Of a stretch of 57,412 nt of DNA, positions 38,305 through 47,064 are shown piece by piece (position 1 is the first letter of the stretch; the number at the start of each line of letters is the position of its first letter). The DNA is taken from assembly GCA_009773045.1 (NCBI GenBank), contig WOUV01000001.1:1-57412 (forward strand), read 5' to 3'. Origin of the DNA: Rhodospirillaceae bacterium (lineage in GTDB: Bacteria; Pseudomonadota; Alphaproteobacteria; Rhodospirillales; Rhodospirillaceae). The notes beneath the pieces were generated by a model. The model saw nothing but the letters and a program-made list of their open reading frames with translations. It had not been told where the DNA came from and made no database searches. The translations under genes were made by a program, and so were the position numbers.

Positions 38305-39321
38305 CTAGGGTTTTCCCTTGAACCGTGTTTCATCCGGCAACAAACCATCGAGCGCCGCAAGCACGCTTCCATCGTACTTTTCAACCATCGCCCGGGTGGC
38401 CACGGCCACTGCTTCGGCGGCCTGGAGTAACGCGACGCGATGGTTGATGCGCAACCCGACAGCTTCGCTCGCCGCAAGGATCTGCGTTATTTCGGGAAGG
38501 GCAAGAAGCGTTGCGATCTGGCGCATTGTCTTCTGGGCGGCGCGTGCCCGCTTTGCCATCGCCACGGCATAGGGGCCTTTGGTCGTGCTTTCCGCCACCG
38601 CCCGCAGCGCGGTTTCCAGATTCACCGCCACCCCCACGAGAAAAATCAGTCTCTGCCGTTCACGATCTGGCAGCCGGTTTTCCGCACCCGGTGTCTCGGC
38701 GATGGCGTGACGCACTTCGCCAAGACTCCAGGCCAGCAGTTCAAGGGACTCATCGCCCGGTTTATGGCCCCCACGATCGACCAGTTCTTCGTCTGTCGGC
38801 ACGTGGCAAGCATAACATCGTTTTGCCCATTCATAAACCCGCACGGGCCGGAGCATTCCCTCCCGCTCGGCCCGCCGCCAGCGCCGGGTACGTTCCTCGG
38901 CGGATTCCGTCTCGCGGGTCTTGCCGGAAAACTCGGCATGGGGTTTGTTCCAGGCAAAGCCCGCCCCATGACAGGACTCGCACGACACGCCCCCCACCGC
39001 CACCCGTTTCCGGCGGTCCATGGCGATCGTTGCATGACAGCCGGTGCACCGTGAGGCAAGATCGGCGTTCCGGATGTCCAGCTTTCCGGCCATCGTTGCC
39101 GCTTCCGGTTTCTGCACAAGGGTGTTCAAGGCATTGGCATGATGGGAGGCCTGCCAGTGCGTGGTCACGGCCTTGTGGCACTGGGCGCAGGCGAAGGATC
39201 CAACCACCCGTTCCGGGTCAATGATATCCTCCGCCCCCGCCGTTTCCGCGTGAGCGGCCCATTCCGGCACGCCCCAGGCCAACCCTGTCACCAGGACAAG
39301 GAAAACAAGGCGTGATTTCAC
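38305..39321 (-). CDS. periplasmic tetrahaem cytochrome c (c554-like N-terminal domain plus helical C-terminal domain)
   Basis: The GTG at 39321 is preceded by GGGGAGA and gives the signal peptide VKSRLVFLVLVTGLAWGVPEWAAHA. Four CxxCH (CAQCH, CTGCH, CESCH, CYACH). The ORF-track ATG at 39441 would overlap the upstream gene by 50 nt. Confidence 0.7.
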   Translation of the reverse strand: MKSRLVFLVLVTGLAWGVPEWAAHAETAGAEDIIDPERVVGSFACAQCHKAVTTHWQASHHANALNTLVQKPEAATMAGKLDIRNADLASRCTGCHATIAMDRRKRVAVGGVSCESCHGAGFAWNKPHAEFSGKTRETESAEERTRRWRRAEREGMLRPVRVYEWAKRCYACHVPTDEELVDRGGHKPGDESLELLAWSLGEVRHAIAETPGAENRLPDRERQRLIFLVGVAVNLETALRAVAESTTKGPYAVAMAKRARAAQKTMRQIATLLALPEITQILAASEAVGLRINHRVALLQAAEAVAVATRAMVEKYDGSVLAALDGLLPDETRFKGKP

Positions 39322-39391
39322 GCCACATTCTCCCCAAGGTTCCCCCCCTCCCTGTCGTTCACGCGTGTCTTGCCCTGGAGTGTGTCCGCGG

Positions 39392-40792
39392 TTACCGGTC
39401 GGCTGGCAGGGTTTGCAAATGAGCGACCAAATCAATGACAATTTGTTTCTCCAATACCCGCATCGGAGGCATCAGCTCATCCGGATGGCCATTGAGAACC
39501 ATATGTACGGCGTGCCATGGATTCTGGCGTGTCATGTGTCCCAGTGGCGGGGCGTTCGTTATCTTCCGGCCATCGAAGCCGTGGCAGGGTGCGCATATCG
39601 CTTCGTAATAGTGTTTGTACCGAACCGGATCGCCTTTGGCCACCGCCCCGTCGATGAACGAATCCAAATCCACCAGTCCTTTGTTGATGAAGGTCGCAAG
39701 ATCGAACTGGTCCCGGGCGTTCAGAATGCCGTTGTAGCGGTGGTTGGAATCCCCAAGGATGGTCAGGACGTCCTCCACCGGCAAGCCCGCCCTTAGGCTT
39801 TTGGCGATGACGGAGGGGGTAATGGCCCTGGCCTGCCCTTCCGTTCCCCGATAGTCCCAGCCATGGCACCCGCCACACCGCCAAGTCATTTCAGCCTGTA
39901 CGCCCGTCGTTTGCGTGGCGGGATAGGCCGGATGGAATCCCTTTGGCGCCGTGGCATGCGTTTCCAGAATCCAGTTATCATACAGCCGCCCGCCCCGCAC
40001 GACGGCGGCCAGGACATCCCGCACCGGGGGAGCCGTGTCGTCCGCGCGCTCGGGCAATGTTTGGAGAAAGGCCAGAAGATCGGTGATCCTGGCCTGCCCC
40101 AGAACACCGATGGCCGGCATTTTGGTTCCCGGATGGCCGACGAGGAGCTTGTGCAGGGTTTCATAGGGGCTGTGGCGGGCAAGGAATCCCACCGGCGGAA
40201 TATCCCGCGTTTCCGTTCCGTTTGCGCCGTGACAGTTGCTGCACACGGTCATGTAGAATTCGACCTGGGTTGTCTTGTCCCCGCGCGCCTGCCCCGTGGC
40301 CGGGTCGATCGAGTCGTTCATTTCGACCTGTCCCTGGCTGACGAACGCCGCCAAGGCATTGATCTGGTCATCGTAGAAAATATCGTCATAGCCGTGCGCC
40401 GGCGCATTGAGGACCGCGGCGATCTTGGCCGGGTCGGTGCCACGGAGCGCCCACAGCCCCGCGATGCCAGTATAACGGTCGCTTGTCTTGCCGTAGGCAC
40501 CATCCTTTCCCTTGTAATCCCAGCCATGACACGTGGTGCAACGCCATGTTTCTGCGGGCGTGCCGGTAAGTTTCCCGCCCGCGGGATACAGGGGATGGCG
40601 AACCTGGGGCGGCTTGTAGCGCAGTTCGAGAATCCAGTTGTCATACAGCCGCCCGCCAAGGGCGACCGCCCCTGGCACCTCCCCGGTCCGCGCCGGCACC
40701 CCCGACATGACCATCAGAACGCCTGCCACGGCAGCGAAGCGCACTCCCCTCCACAGCGTCTCCGCCATGGCCTTGCATACAATGTTCATCAT
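39392..40792 (-). CDS. periplasmic tetrahaem cytochrome c built from two tandem dihaem modules
   Basis: ATG 40792 is preceded by GGAGGGGGGGG. Signal peptide present. Module 1 (40049-40657) and module 2 (39401-39994) each start GGRLYDNWILE. Each contains WRCxxCHGWDY(K/R)G plus a class-I-like CxxCHG...MP site, and ends LQTLP. Confidence 0.75.
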   Translation of the reverse strand: MMNIVCKAMAETLWRGVRFAAVAGVLMVMSGVPARTGEVPGAVALGGRLYDNWILELRYKPPQVRHPLYPAGGKLTGTPAETWRCTTCHGWDYKGKDGAYGKTSDRYTGIAGLWALRGTDPAKIAAVLNAPAHGYDDIFYDDQINALAAFVSQGQVEMNDSIDPATGQARGDKTTQVEFYMTVCSNCHGANGTETRDIPPVGFLARHSPYETLHKLLVGHPGTKMPAIGVLGQARITDLLAFLQTLPERADDTAPPVRDVLAAVVRGGRLYDNWILETHATAPKGFHPAYPATQTTGVQAEMTWRCGGCHGWDYRGTEGQARAITPSVIAKSLRAGLPVEDVLTILGDSNHRYNGILNARDQFDLATFINKGLVDLDSFIDGAVAKGDPVRYKHYYEAICAPCHGFDGRKITNAPPLGHMTRQNPWHAVHMVLNGHPDELMPPMRVLEKQIVIDLVAHLQTLPADR

Positions 40793-40996
40793 GGTTCCCC
40801 CCCCTCCATTCTGGTATTCTGTAGGCAGCACCTGGATTTTTTGGTATCTTTCGTTCTGTTGCAACCCATACCATGCTGCCGTAAAAGGCAAAACCCTTTC
40901 ACCCTTCAGCGAAACAAAGAATTTTCTTGAAAAATAATCCAGGACCGCCGCCATGACAACGAAAAATGAAAAGACTTTACTCGTATCAACAACAGA

Positions 40997-41015
40997 TCCT
41001 ATCATTAATAGGATA
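40997..41015. promoter_or_regulatory. inverted repeat in the AT-rich leader upstream of the cytochrome genes
   Basis: atcctat catta ataggat (7-bp arms) inside the 367-bp AT-rich gap between the Crp/Fnr gene and the first cytochrome gene. It does not match the TTGAT-N4-ATCAA consensus. Confidence 0.2.
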
Positions 41016-41159
41016 CCACCGGTTCCCGATGTCCGGTGAACGATCCTCCAAGGCCCTCCCAGGAGAATTCCTGAAATGGTGGGGGCCGCCCTTTCTCAAC
41101 CCCTTCTCAGTCTCAATGGAAGGAATTTTTTCCTTTATCCTGCCCCCTTGCCGTGCAGG

Positions 41160-41885
41160 CTATGCGTCCTTGGCGATGCGCCGCAGAGCCGTCTCATCAC
41201 AGTGCACGCGATGGCTGTCGGCAGGAAGGATGACCTGTGTCCGTTTGAATTCGGCAATGACCCGGCTAGCGGTTTCGGTGGTCACGCCCAGCATGGCGCC
41301 CACGTCTTCCCGGCTGAACAGGTCGCAGTCGCCCCCCGGTTCATCGTGCAGGATGCGCAACAAAAGCCGCGCCACCCGCGCCCGCGCCGGCCCGGTGGGC
41401 ATCTCCGTGATCCACTCGTCGGCCCGTGCCACCGATTGGTGCCAACGCAGCATCAGCTGCCGATGCAGCCGGGGAGTTTCCTCGCTCAGGCGCTGCACGA
41501 CATTGCGCGGAATGCGACAACACACCGCCGCACGTAAAGCGACAGCAGCATGCTCGTAGTTGCGGTCAAGCAGAACCTCAAGGCCAAGGGTATCGCCCTG
41601 ACGTAACAGACGAACGATTCGTTGCGTTCCATCGGACAGGTATTGTACCAGCTTGATCAAGCCGCTGCGGACCGTAAAAACCGCCGATCCCTCATCGCCC
41701 GTTTCATAAAGAACGCTGTCGGCGTTGTAATGAACCTCCTCGATCGGAAGGTGAATAAGCGAGAAGTCAGCTTCATCGAGATCCGCAAACAACGCCATAT
41801 CCCGAATGCCACAACCGTGGCATTGGGCTTGAGAGGACCAGGAAGCATCAATTTTATGTTTTCTCACGGTCCCTGCGATCCACAC
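41160..41885 (-). CDS. Crp/Fnr-family transcriptional regulator
   Basis: cNMP-binding-like effector domain (ADSVLYETGDEGSAVFTVRSGLIKL) and C-terminal HTH (REDVGAMLGVTTETASRVIAEFKR). N-terminal CHGC pair only, not the full Fnr cluster motif. Confidence 0.8.
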   Translation of the reverse strand: MWIAGTVRKHKIDASWSSQAQCHGCGIRDMALFADLDEADFSLIHLPIEEVHYNADSVLYETGDEGSAVFTVRSGLIKLVQYLSDGTQRIVRLLRQGDTLGLEVLLDRNYEHAAVALRAAVCCRIPRNVVQRLSEETPRLHRQLMLRWHQSVARADEWITEMPTGPARARVARLLLRILHDEPGGDCDLFSREDVGAMLGVTTETASRVIAEFKRTQVILPADSHRVHCDETALRRIAKDA

Positions 41886-42129
41886 GTGACTTTTGGTTCC
41901 AAACCAGAGCGCGACTTTTGCAGGCTAGCATGGCTTGCGTTCGTTTGGTAGAGTGATCGCAGGTCACGCGTATCCGCACCTTCCCTGCGTGCCGAACGGA
42001 ACCTTTGGCGTGTTCCTTTTCCCATGATACCCTTTTCCCCGAAAAAGCCGGAAGAAATCGTATTCATTAAATGATATTCAGTGTCAATAGTGTCCGGAAA
42101 CGGTCCTGGAGAAGAGCGGGTTTGTCCGT

Positions 42130-43176
42130 GTGATAGAGGATCTCATGCGCGCCGCCGGTGTTCCGCATGCCTCCCCCGATGGCGGGCGGCAAGGGGTGTC
42201 TTTGGCCGCGCGTCGGATTTGTCTTGCGCCGATGATGGACCGCACCGACCGGCATTTCCGTCGTCTGATGCGCTGCATCACCAGGACGGCGCTGTTGTAT
42301 ACTGAAATGATTCCTGCCCTCGCCCTCGTGCGGGGTCGACAGACCTGCCTTCTGGATTACCACCCGGTGGAGCGCCCCCTTGCCGTCCAGTTCGGAGGAA
42401 GCGATCCCGATGTTCTGGCCGAATGTGCCCGCATGGCTGCCGATCGTGGGTATGATGAAATCAACCTGAACGTCGGTTGTCCGTCGGAGCGGGTCGCGGA
42501 CGGAGGATTTGGGGCCTGTCTCATGGCCCGGCCGGACACCGTCGCCCGCTGTGTCGAGGCCATGGCCCGGGTGGTGACCCTTCCCGTGACGGTCAAGCAT
42601 CGCATCGGCATCGATGCCATGGATAGCGATGCCGATCTGACCCGGTTTGTCGCCACCGTGGCGCAAGGAGGCTGCACCGTCTTCATCGTGCATGCCCGCA
42701 AGGCCTGGCTGGGCGGTGTATCGCCAAAGCAGAATCGGTCTTTGCCACCGCTTGATCATGCCATGGTGTACCGTCTCAAGGCCGACCGACCGGATCTGAC
42801 GGTGGTCATCAACGGCGGCATCGCCTCGCTGGCCGACGCGGCGATTCATCTGGAACGGGTGGATGGCGTCATGATCGGACGCGCTGCCTATGAAACGCCG
42901 TGCCTTTTCGTTCCGGTGGATCGCATGTTCGGCGGATGTTTCACGGCTCCGCCCTCGCCCCGGCATGTGGCCGCCAGGATGATCGACACGCTAGCCTGTA
43001 CCGCGGCCGACGGCACGCCGCCGGTCCGCGTCCTGCGCCATATGCATGGTCTGTTCCACGGCATGCCCGGCGCCCGCCGCTGGCGCCGGTGTCTGACCTC
43101 CCTGACGGGGGCCGATCCAGACACGGTTGTTCGTGCCTTGCACGATTGCCTCGACTCCTTCCCCACACGGGATTAA
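42130..43176 (+). CDS. dusA: tRNA-dihydrouridine synthase A
   Basis: LAPMMDRTDRHFRRL, YDEINLNVGCPS and DGVMIGRAAY. The start is uncertain (GTG 42130 or ATG 42145). Confidence 0.85.
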   Translation: MIEDLMRAAGVPHASPDGGRQGVSLAARRICLAPMMDRTDRHFRRLMRCITRTALLYTEMIPALALVRGRQTCLLDYHPVERPLAVQFGGSDPDVLAECARMAADRGYDEINLNVGCPSERVADGGFGACLMARPDTVARCVEAMARVVTLPVTVKHRIGIDAMDSDADLTRFVATVAQGGCTVFIVHARKAWLGGVSPKQNRSLPPLDHAMVYRLKADRPDLTVVINGGIASLADAAIHLERVDGVMIGRAAYETPCLFVPVDRMFGGCFTAPPSPRHVAARMIDTLACTAADGTPPVRVLRHMHGLFHGMPGARRWRRCLTSLTGADPDTVVRALHDCLDSFPTRD

Positions 43177-43778
43177 CGCTTCTGCCGGGGGGTGGCGGGC
43201 GCACGGGGAGTGGTGGGTGCACCGCCCCTGGCGCAGGCCTTGTCGATCAGGGCATGGGCGGCGGTGAACCCCGCAAGGGAGAAGGTATCCACCGTCTTCG
43301 TTCCCCGTCGGGAGACCCCCGTGACGGTCATCTCGTGACCGTTTTTCATGGCGGCCACCAGATCCTTGGAGTCGCCATCCTGCGCCCAGGCCGTTTCATC
43401 CTCCCCGGTCAGCGTGAAGGTGCGCTCTTCGATCGTGACCTGGACGGTGGCACCGGGGGTGTAGGGATACCCTGCGGCGACACTGACGGTCCCATAGCTT
43501 CCCTGGCCGGGACGATGGGTGATGATGGCATACATCTCTCCCCGCCGTGTGTACTTGCCTTCCGAATGCGAAGGATAGGCAAGGACATAGCACACCTTTC
43601 CCTTGTCTTCCGTGAAAGTATAGGCGGTCCATGCACCATCGGCGCCGATGGATGAAACCGTCTGTGCCGCCGCCCCCGGTGCGGCACCGAGAACGAGCAC
43701 AAGACCGATGGCGATCCCTTTTCCCGTCCGTTTCATTTTTCCTATCGGTTTCAGCATCACAGACTCCCTTTTTGTCAT
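43173..43778 (-). CDS. invasion-associated locus B (IalB)-like periplasmic protein
   Basis: Signal peptide, then the IalB-like pattern (WTAYTFTEDKGKVCYVLAYP ... ETAWAQDGDSKDLVAAMKNGHEMTVTGVSRRGTKTVDTFSLAGFTAA). Confidence 0.65.
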   Translation of the reverse strand: MTKRESVMLKPIGKMKRTGKGIAIGLVLVLGAAPGAAAQTVSSIGADGAWTAYTFTEDKGKVCYVLAYPSHSEGKYTRRGEMYAIITHRPGQGSYGTVSVAAGYPYTPGATVQVTIEERTFTLTGEDETAWAQDGDSKDLVAAMKNGHEMTVTGVSRRGTKTVDTFSLAGFTAAHALIDKACARGGAPTTPRAPATPRQKR

Positions 43779-44057
43779 CGTTTCCTGTCACGCTTTCAGG
43801 CAAGCGTAAATAAATCGTTACCGCTCTTCGCATGAGCGGAACGTTCCAACGCCCTCGCAAAAAAAATTGGGCGCCGCAACAAAATCGGGGTTGGCCCGGC
43901 TCATTAAAATTTCGTAAAATAATCGTCGTTGTGCCTGGAGACAAACGTCTGTGACGGGGAGATGCGACTTGAAAATCGACGGGGAAGTTGCGGACGCCAG
44001 ATCTGCATGTACAATTATTTGCCAAAATAACATCACGTGCAGGTGAAGGACGAAGCC

Positions 44058-44954
44058 ATGGAAATCAAAAAAGTTGGTATTATCGGTACGGGTACGATGG
44101 GGCTTGGGGTGGCCCAGGTCATTGCGACTGCTGGTATTGACGTTGTGGCCGTCAAGGCAACTCCAGGTTCGCTGGACCGGGCCAGGAACACCCTTGTCAC
44201 GGGCCTGGCCAAACTTGTCGAGCGTGGCAAGATGGACGAAGGAACAAAGAATTCCATCGTTGATCGCGTGACCTTCAGCGCCAGTGAACAGGATGTCGCG
44301 CCCTGTGATCTCGTCATCGAATCCGTGATCGAAGACATCACGACGAAGAAGGCACTGTTCCAACGACTTGAACAGATCGTTGCGAAGGAATGCATTCTTG
44401 CCACCAACACCTCGACCCTTTCGGTTACGGAAATGATGGCCGTCTGCACTGAACGGGTGCGCGTTGCCGGCTTGCACTTTTTCAATCCCGTGCCCGTGAT
44501 GCGGCTGATCGAGGTCATCCACGCCTTCGAGACATCCAGCAAGACCGTCACCGCCCTGATGGAATTCAGCCGCAAGGTTGGCAAAGACCCGGTGCTGGTG
44601 CAAGATACCACCGGCTTCATCGTCAACCGGCTTTTGACACCTTATATGCTGGAGGCGGTCCGGCTTCTGGAGCACGGCACCGGCACCATCGATGCCATCG
44701 ACCATGCCCTGATGACGGGCGCCAGCATGCCGATGGGACCCTTCAGCTTGGCCGATTATATCGGGCTTGATGTCGTTTTGGCCATGTCCAACAATATCTA
44801 TCAGGATGTGCGTCAGCAATATTGCTCGGCCCCGCATACCTTGATTCGTTTGGTCCAGCTTGGTTATCTGGGTCGCAAGACCAATAAAGGATTTTATGAT
44901 TATTCGAAAAAGCCGGCCATCCCGAATCCGCAACTCCGGCATCCGGTGGCATAA
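44058..44954 (+). CDS. 3-hydroxybutyryl-CoA / 3-hydroxyacyl-CoA dehydrogenase
   Basis: NAD fold KKVGIIGTGTMGLGVAQV, HFFNPVPVMRLIEV, and C-terminal GPFSLADYIGLDV and GRKTNKGFYDY. Confidence 0.85.
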   Translation: MEIKKVGIIGTGTMGLGVAQVIATAGIDVVAVKATPGSLDRARNTLVTGLAKLVERGKMDEGTKNSIVDRVTFSASEQDVAPCDLVIESVIEDITTKKALFQRLEQIVAKECILATNTSTLSVTEMMAVCTERVRVAGLHFFNPVPVMRLIEVIHAFETSSKTVTALMEFSRKVGKDPVLVQDTTGFIVNRLLTPYMLEAVRLLEHGTGTIDAIDHALMTGASMPMGPFSLADYIGLDVVLAMSNNIYQDVRQQYCSAPHTLIRLVQLGYLGRKTNKGFYDYSKKPAIPNPQLRHPVA

Positions 44955-44988
44955 GATTTCCGCAATCGTGGGAGCGTAAGGCGTTTTT

Positions 44989-45035
44989 GCAGGGCAATCG
45001 CGTTCAAATGCGATTGCCCTGCCATGGTGGTTTTT
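44989..45035 (+). terminator. perfect 13-bp stem-loop between hbd-like gene and hisG
   Basis: gcagggcaatcgc (44989-45001), loop gttcaaat, gcgattgccctgc (45010-45022). A T-run (ttttt g tttt) begins 8 nt after the stem, so the geometry is not ideal for an intrinsic terminator. Confidence 0.4.
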
Positions 45036-45050
45036 GTTTTCGAGGAGTCC

Positions 45051-45716
45051 ATGGCGCACCGTGACAAACTGGTTATCGCCCTGCCCAAGGGGCGTATCCT
45101 GAAAGAAGCCATGCCGCTGATCCACGCGGTCGGCATCGATCCCGAACCGGCCTTCGCCGATCCGAATGCCCGGCAGCTTCGCTTTGCCACCAATCATTCC
45201 GAAATCGACATCATCCGGGTGCGCAGTTTCGATGTCGCGACCTTCGTTGCTTTCGGGGCGGCACAGGTGGGCCTTGCCGGCAACGATGTCTTGATGGAAT
45301 TCGATTATGCCGAGATTTACGCGCCGCTCGATCTTGGAATCGGCGTTTGTCGCCTGGCCGTGGCCGAGCCGGAGCACCTGTCGCAAACCGACGATCCGGC
45401 CCGCTGGAGCCATATTCGCGTTGCGACCAAATATCCCGAAATCACCCGCCGCCATTTCGCCGCCCGTGGCGTGCAGGCCGAATGCATCAAGCTGAATGGG
45501 GCCATGGAACTGGCGCCGGCCTTGGGTTTGTGCCAGCGGATCGTCGATCTTGTCTCGTCGGGGCAGACGCTGGCCGCCAACGGTTTGAAGGAGGTCGAGC
45601 GCATTGCCGATATCACCACCCGCCTGGTCGTCAACCGGGCGGCCTTGAAAACCCGGCCCGAAGACATTGGGGCCTGGATCGATCGATTTCGCAAGGTTGC
45701 CGCCCATGGCCGTTGA
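45051..45716 (+). CDS. hisG: ATP phosphoribosyltransferase (short form)
   Basis: [31 protein letters not shown] and [14 protein letters not shown]. About 220 aa, so the HisZ-dependent short type. Start at ATG 45051. Confidence 0.9.
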   Translation: MAHRDKLVIALPKGRILKEAMPLIHAVGIDPEPAFADPNARQLRFATNHSEIDIIRVRSFDVATFVAFGAAQVGLAGNDVLMEFDYAEIYAPLDLGIGVCRLAVAEPEHLSQTDDPARWSHIRVATKYPEITRRHFAARGVQAECIKLNGAMELAPALGLCQRIVDLVSSGQTLAANGLKEVERIADITTRLVVNRAALKTRPEDIGAWIDRFRKVAAHGR

Positions 45717-47064
45717 ATTGTTCGCCGGCGCCGCCGGTTTCCCTTCCGCCTTTGCGGCGTTGCTGGCCGGCACGCGGGAGCGGAGCGTTGATGTGGAGGC
45801 CACCGTGCGCGCCATCCTTCAGGATGTTCGGGAACGGGGCGATGCCGCGGTGCGTGAATACACCCGCCGTTTCGATCACATCGACCTTGCGGTCGTCGGT
45901 TCTTGCATCAGCATCGCCGAACGGGATGCGTGCGCCGCCGCCGCTCCGGCCGCGGCGGTGGCCGCGCTGGAATTTGCCGCGGCGCGAATCCACGCCTTTC
46001 ACCAGCGCCAGCAACCGGCCGGCTTCAGCATGACCGATGAGGCCGGCGTGCGGCTGGAACAGCGCTGGACGCCGCTGCAATCCGTTGGCCTCTATGTGCC
46101 GGGGGGCACTGCGGCCTATCCATCCTCGGTCCTGATGAATGCCCTGCCGGCCAGGGTGGCGGGGGTCCCGCGGGTGGTGATGGTGGTCCCAACGCCGGAA
46201 GGGCGCATCACGCCCTTGGTGTGCGCCGCCGCCCGCCTCGCCGGGGTTGAGGAAATCTACCGCATCGGCGGTGCGCAAGGAATCGCTGCCCTGGCCTATG
46301 GTACCACGACCATCGCCCCGGTGGACAAGATCGTCGGTCCTGGCAATGCCTATGTCGCCGCGGCCAAGCGCCAGGTGTTCGGTCAGGTGGGGATCGACAT
46401 GATCGCCGGCCCTTCCGAAATCGTGGTGGTGGCCGATGGTCCCGGCAACGATCCCGACTGGATCGCCGCCGATCTGATGAGCCAAGCCGAACACGACACG
46501 GCGGCCCAGGCGATCTTGATCACCGACGACCCTGTGTTCGCCCGGGCGGTCATCGCGGCGGTGGAGCGCCTGCTGTCATGCCTGCCACGGGCCGACATCG
46601 CCGGCGCGAGCTGGCGCGATCATGGCGCGGTGATCGTGGTCGAACGCCTGGAGGATGCCGTGCCGCTGGTGAACGCCCTGGCGCCGGAGCACCTGGAACT
46701 GGCGGTCCTTGAGCCTGATTCCCTGGCGGCCGGGGTGCGCCATGCCGGAGCCATTTTTCTTGGGCGCCATACGCCCGAAGCGGTGGGCGATTATGTGGGG
46801 GGTCCCAATCACGTGCTGCCCACGGCCCGTAGCGCCCGTTTTTCCTCTGGCCTGTCGGTGTTCGATTTCCTGAAACGGACCTCGCTTTTGTCGTGCGATG
46901 CGGGGGCGCTGGCTCGCATCGGCCCGGCGGCCATGATTCTTGCCGAAGCCGAAGGCCTGACCGCCCATGCCCACGCCGTGGCCGTGCGCCTGAACAAAAA
47001 TTGGAATCAAGGGGGTATGGGGGAGGCCGTGCCTCCCCCATGCTTGGTTCAAAACAAACCATGA
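45706..47064 (+). CDS. hisD: histidinol dehydrogenase
   Basis: [19 protein letters not shown] and the PGG/GGAQ motifs. The ATG at 45706 overlaps the hisG end by 11 nt. The 3' end overlaps convergent cobD by 16 nt. Confidence 0.95.
   Translation: MAVELFAGAAGFPSAFAALLAGTRERSVDVEATVRAILQDVRERGDAAVREYTRRFDHIDLAVVGSCISIAERDACAAAAPAAAVAALEFAAARIHAFHQRQQPAGFSMTDEAGVRLEQRWTPLQSVGLYVPGGTAAYPSSVLMNALPARVAGVPRVVMVVPTPEGRITPLVCAAARLAGVEEIYRIGGAQGIAALAYGTTTIAPVDKIVGPGNAYVAAAKRQVFGQVGIDMIAGPSEIVVVADGPGNDPDWIAADLMSQAEHDTAAQAILITDDPVFARAVIAAVERLLSCLPRADIAGASWRDHGAVIVVERLEDAVPLVNALAPEHLELAVLEPDSLAAGVRHAGAIFLGRHTPEAVGDYVGGPNHVLPTARSARFSSGLSVFDFLKRTSLLSCDAGALARIGPAAMILAEAEGLTAHAHAVAVRLNKNWNQGGMGEAVPPPCLVQNKP

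Noticed and set aside
32051-41885. An Mtr/Pio/Mto-type extracellular electron conduit.
   Set aside because: No beta-barrel porin-like ORF or lipoprotein cytochrome is present in or next to the cluster. The decahaem protein has a signal anchor and a large non-haem insert, unlike MtrA/PioA as I recall them.
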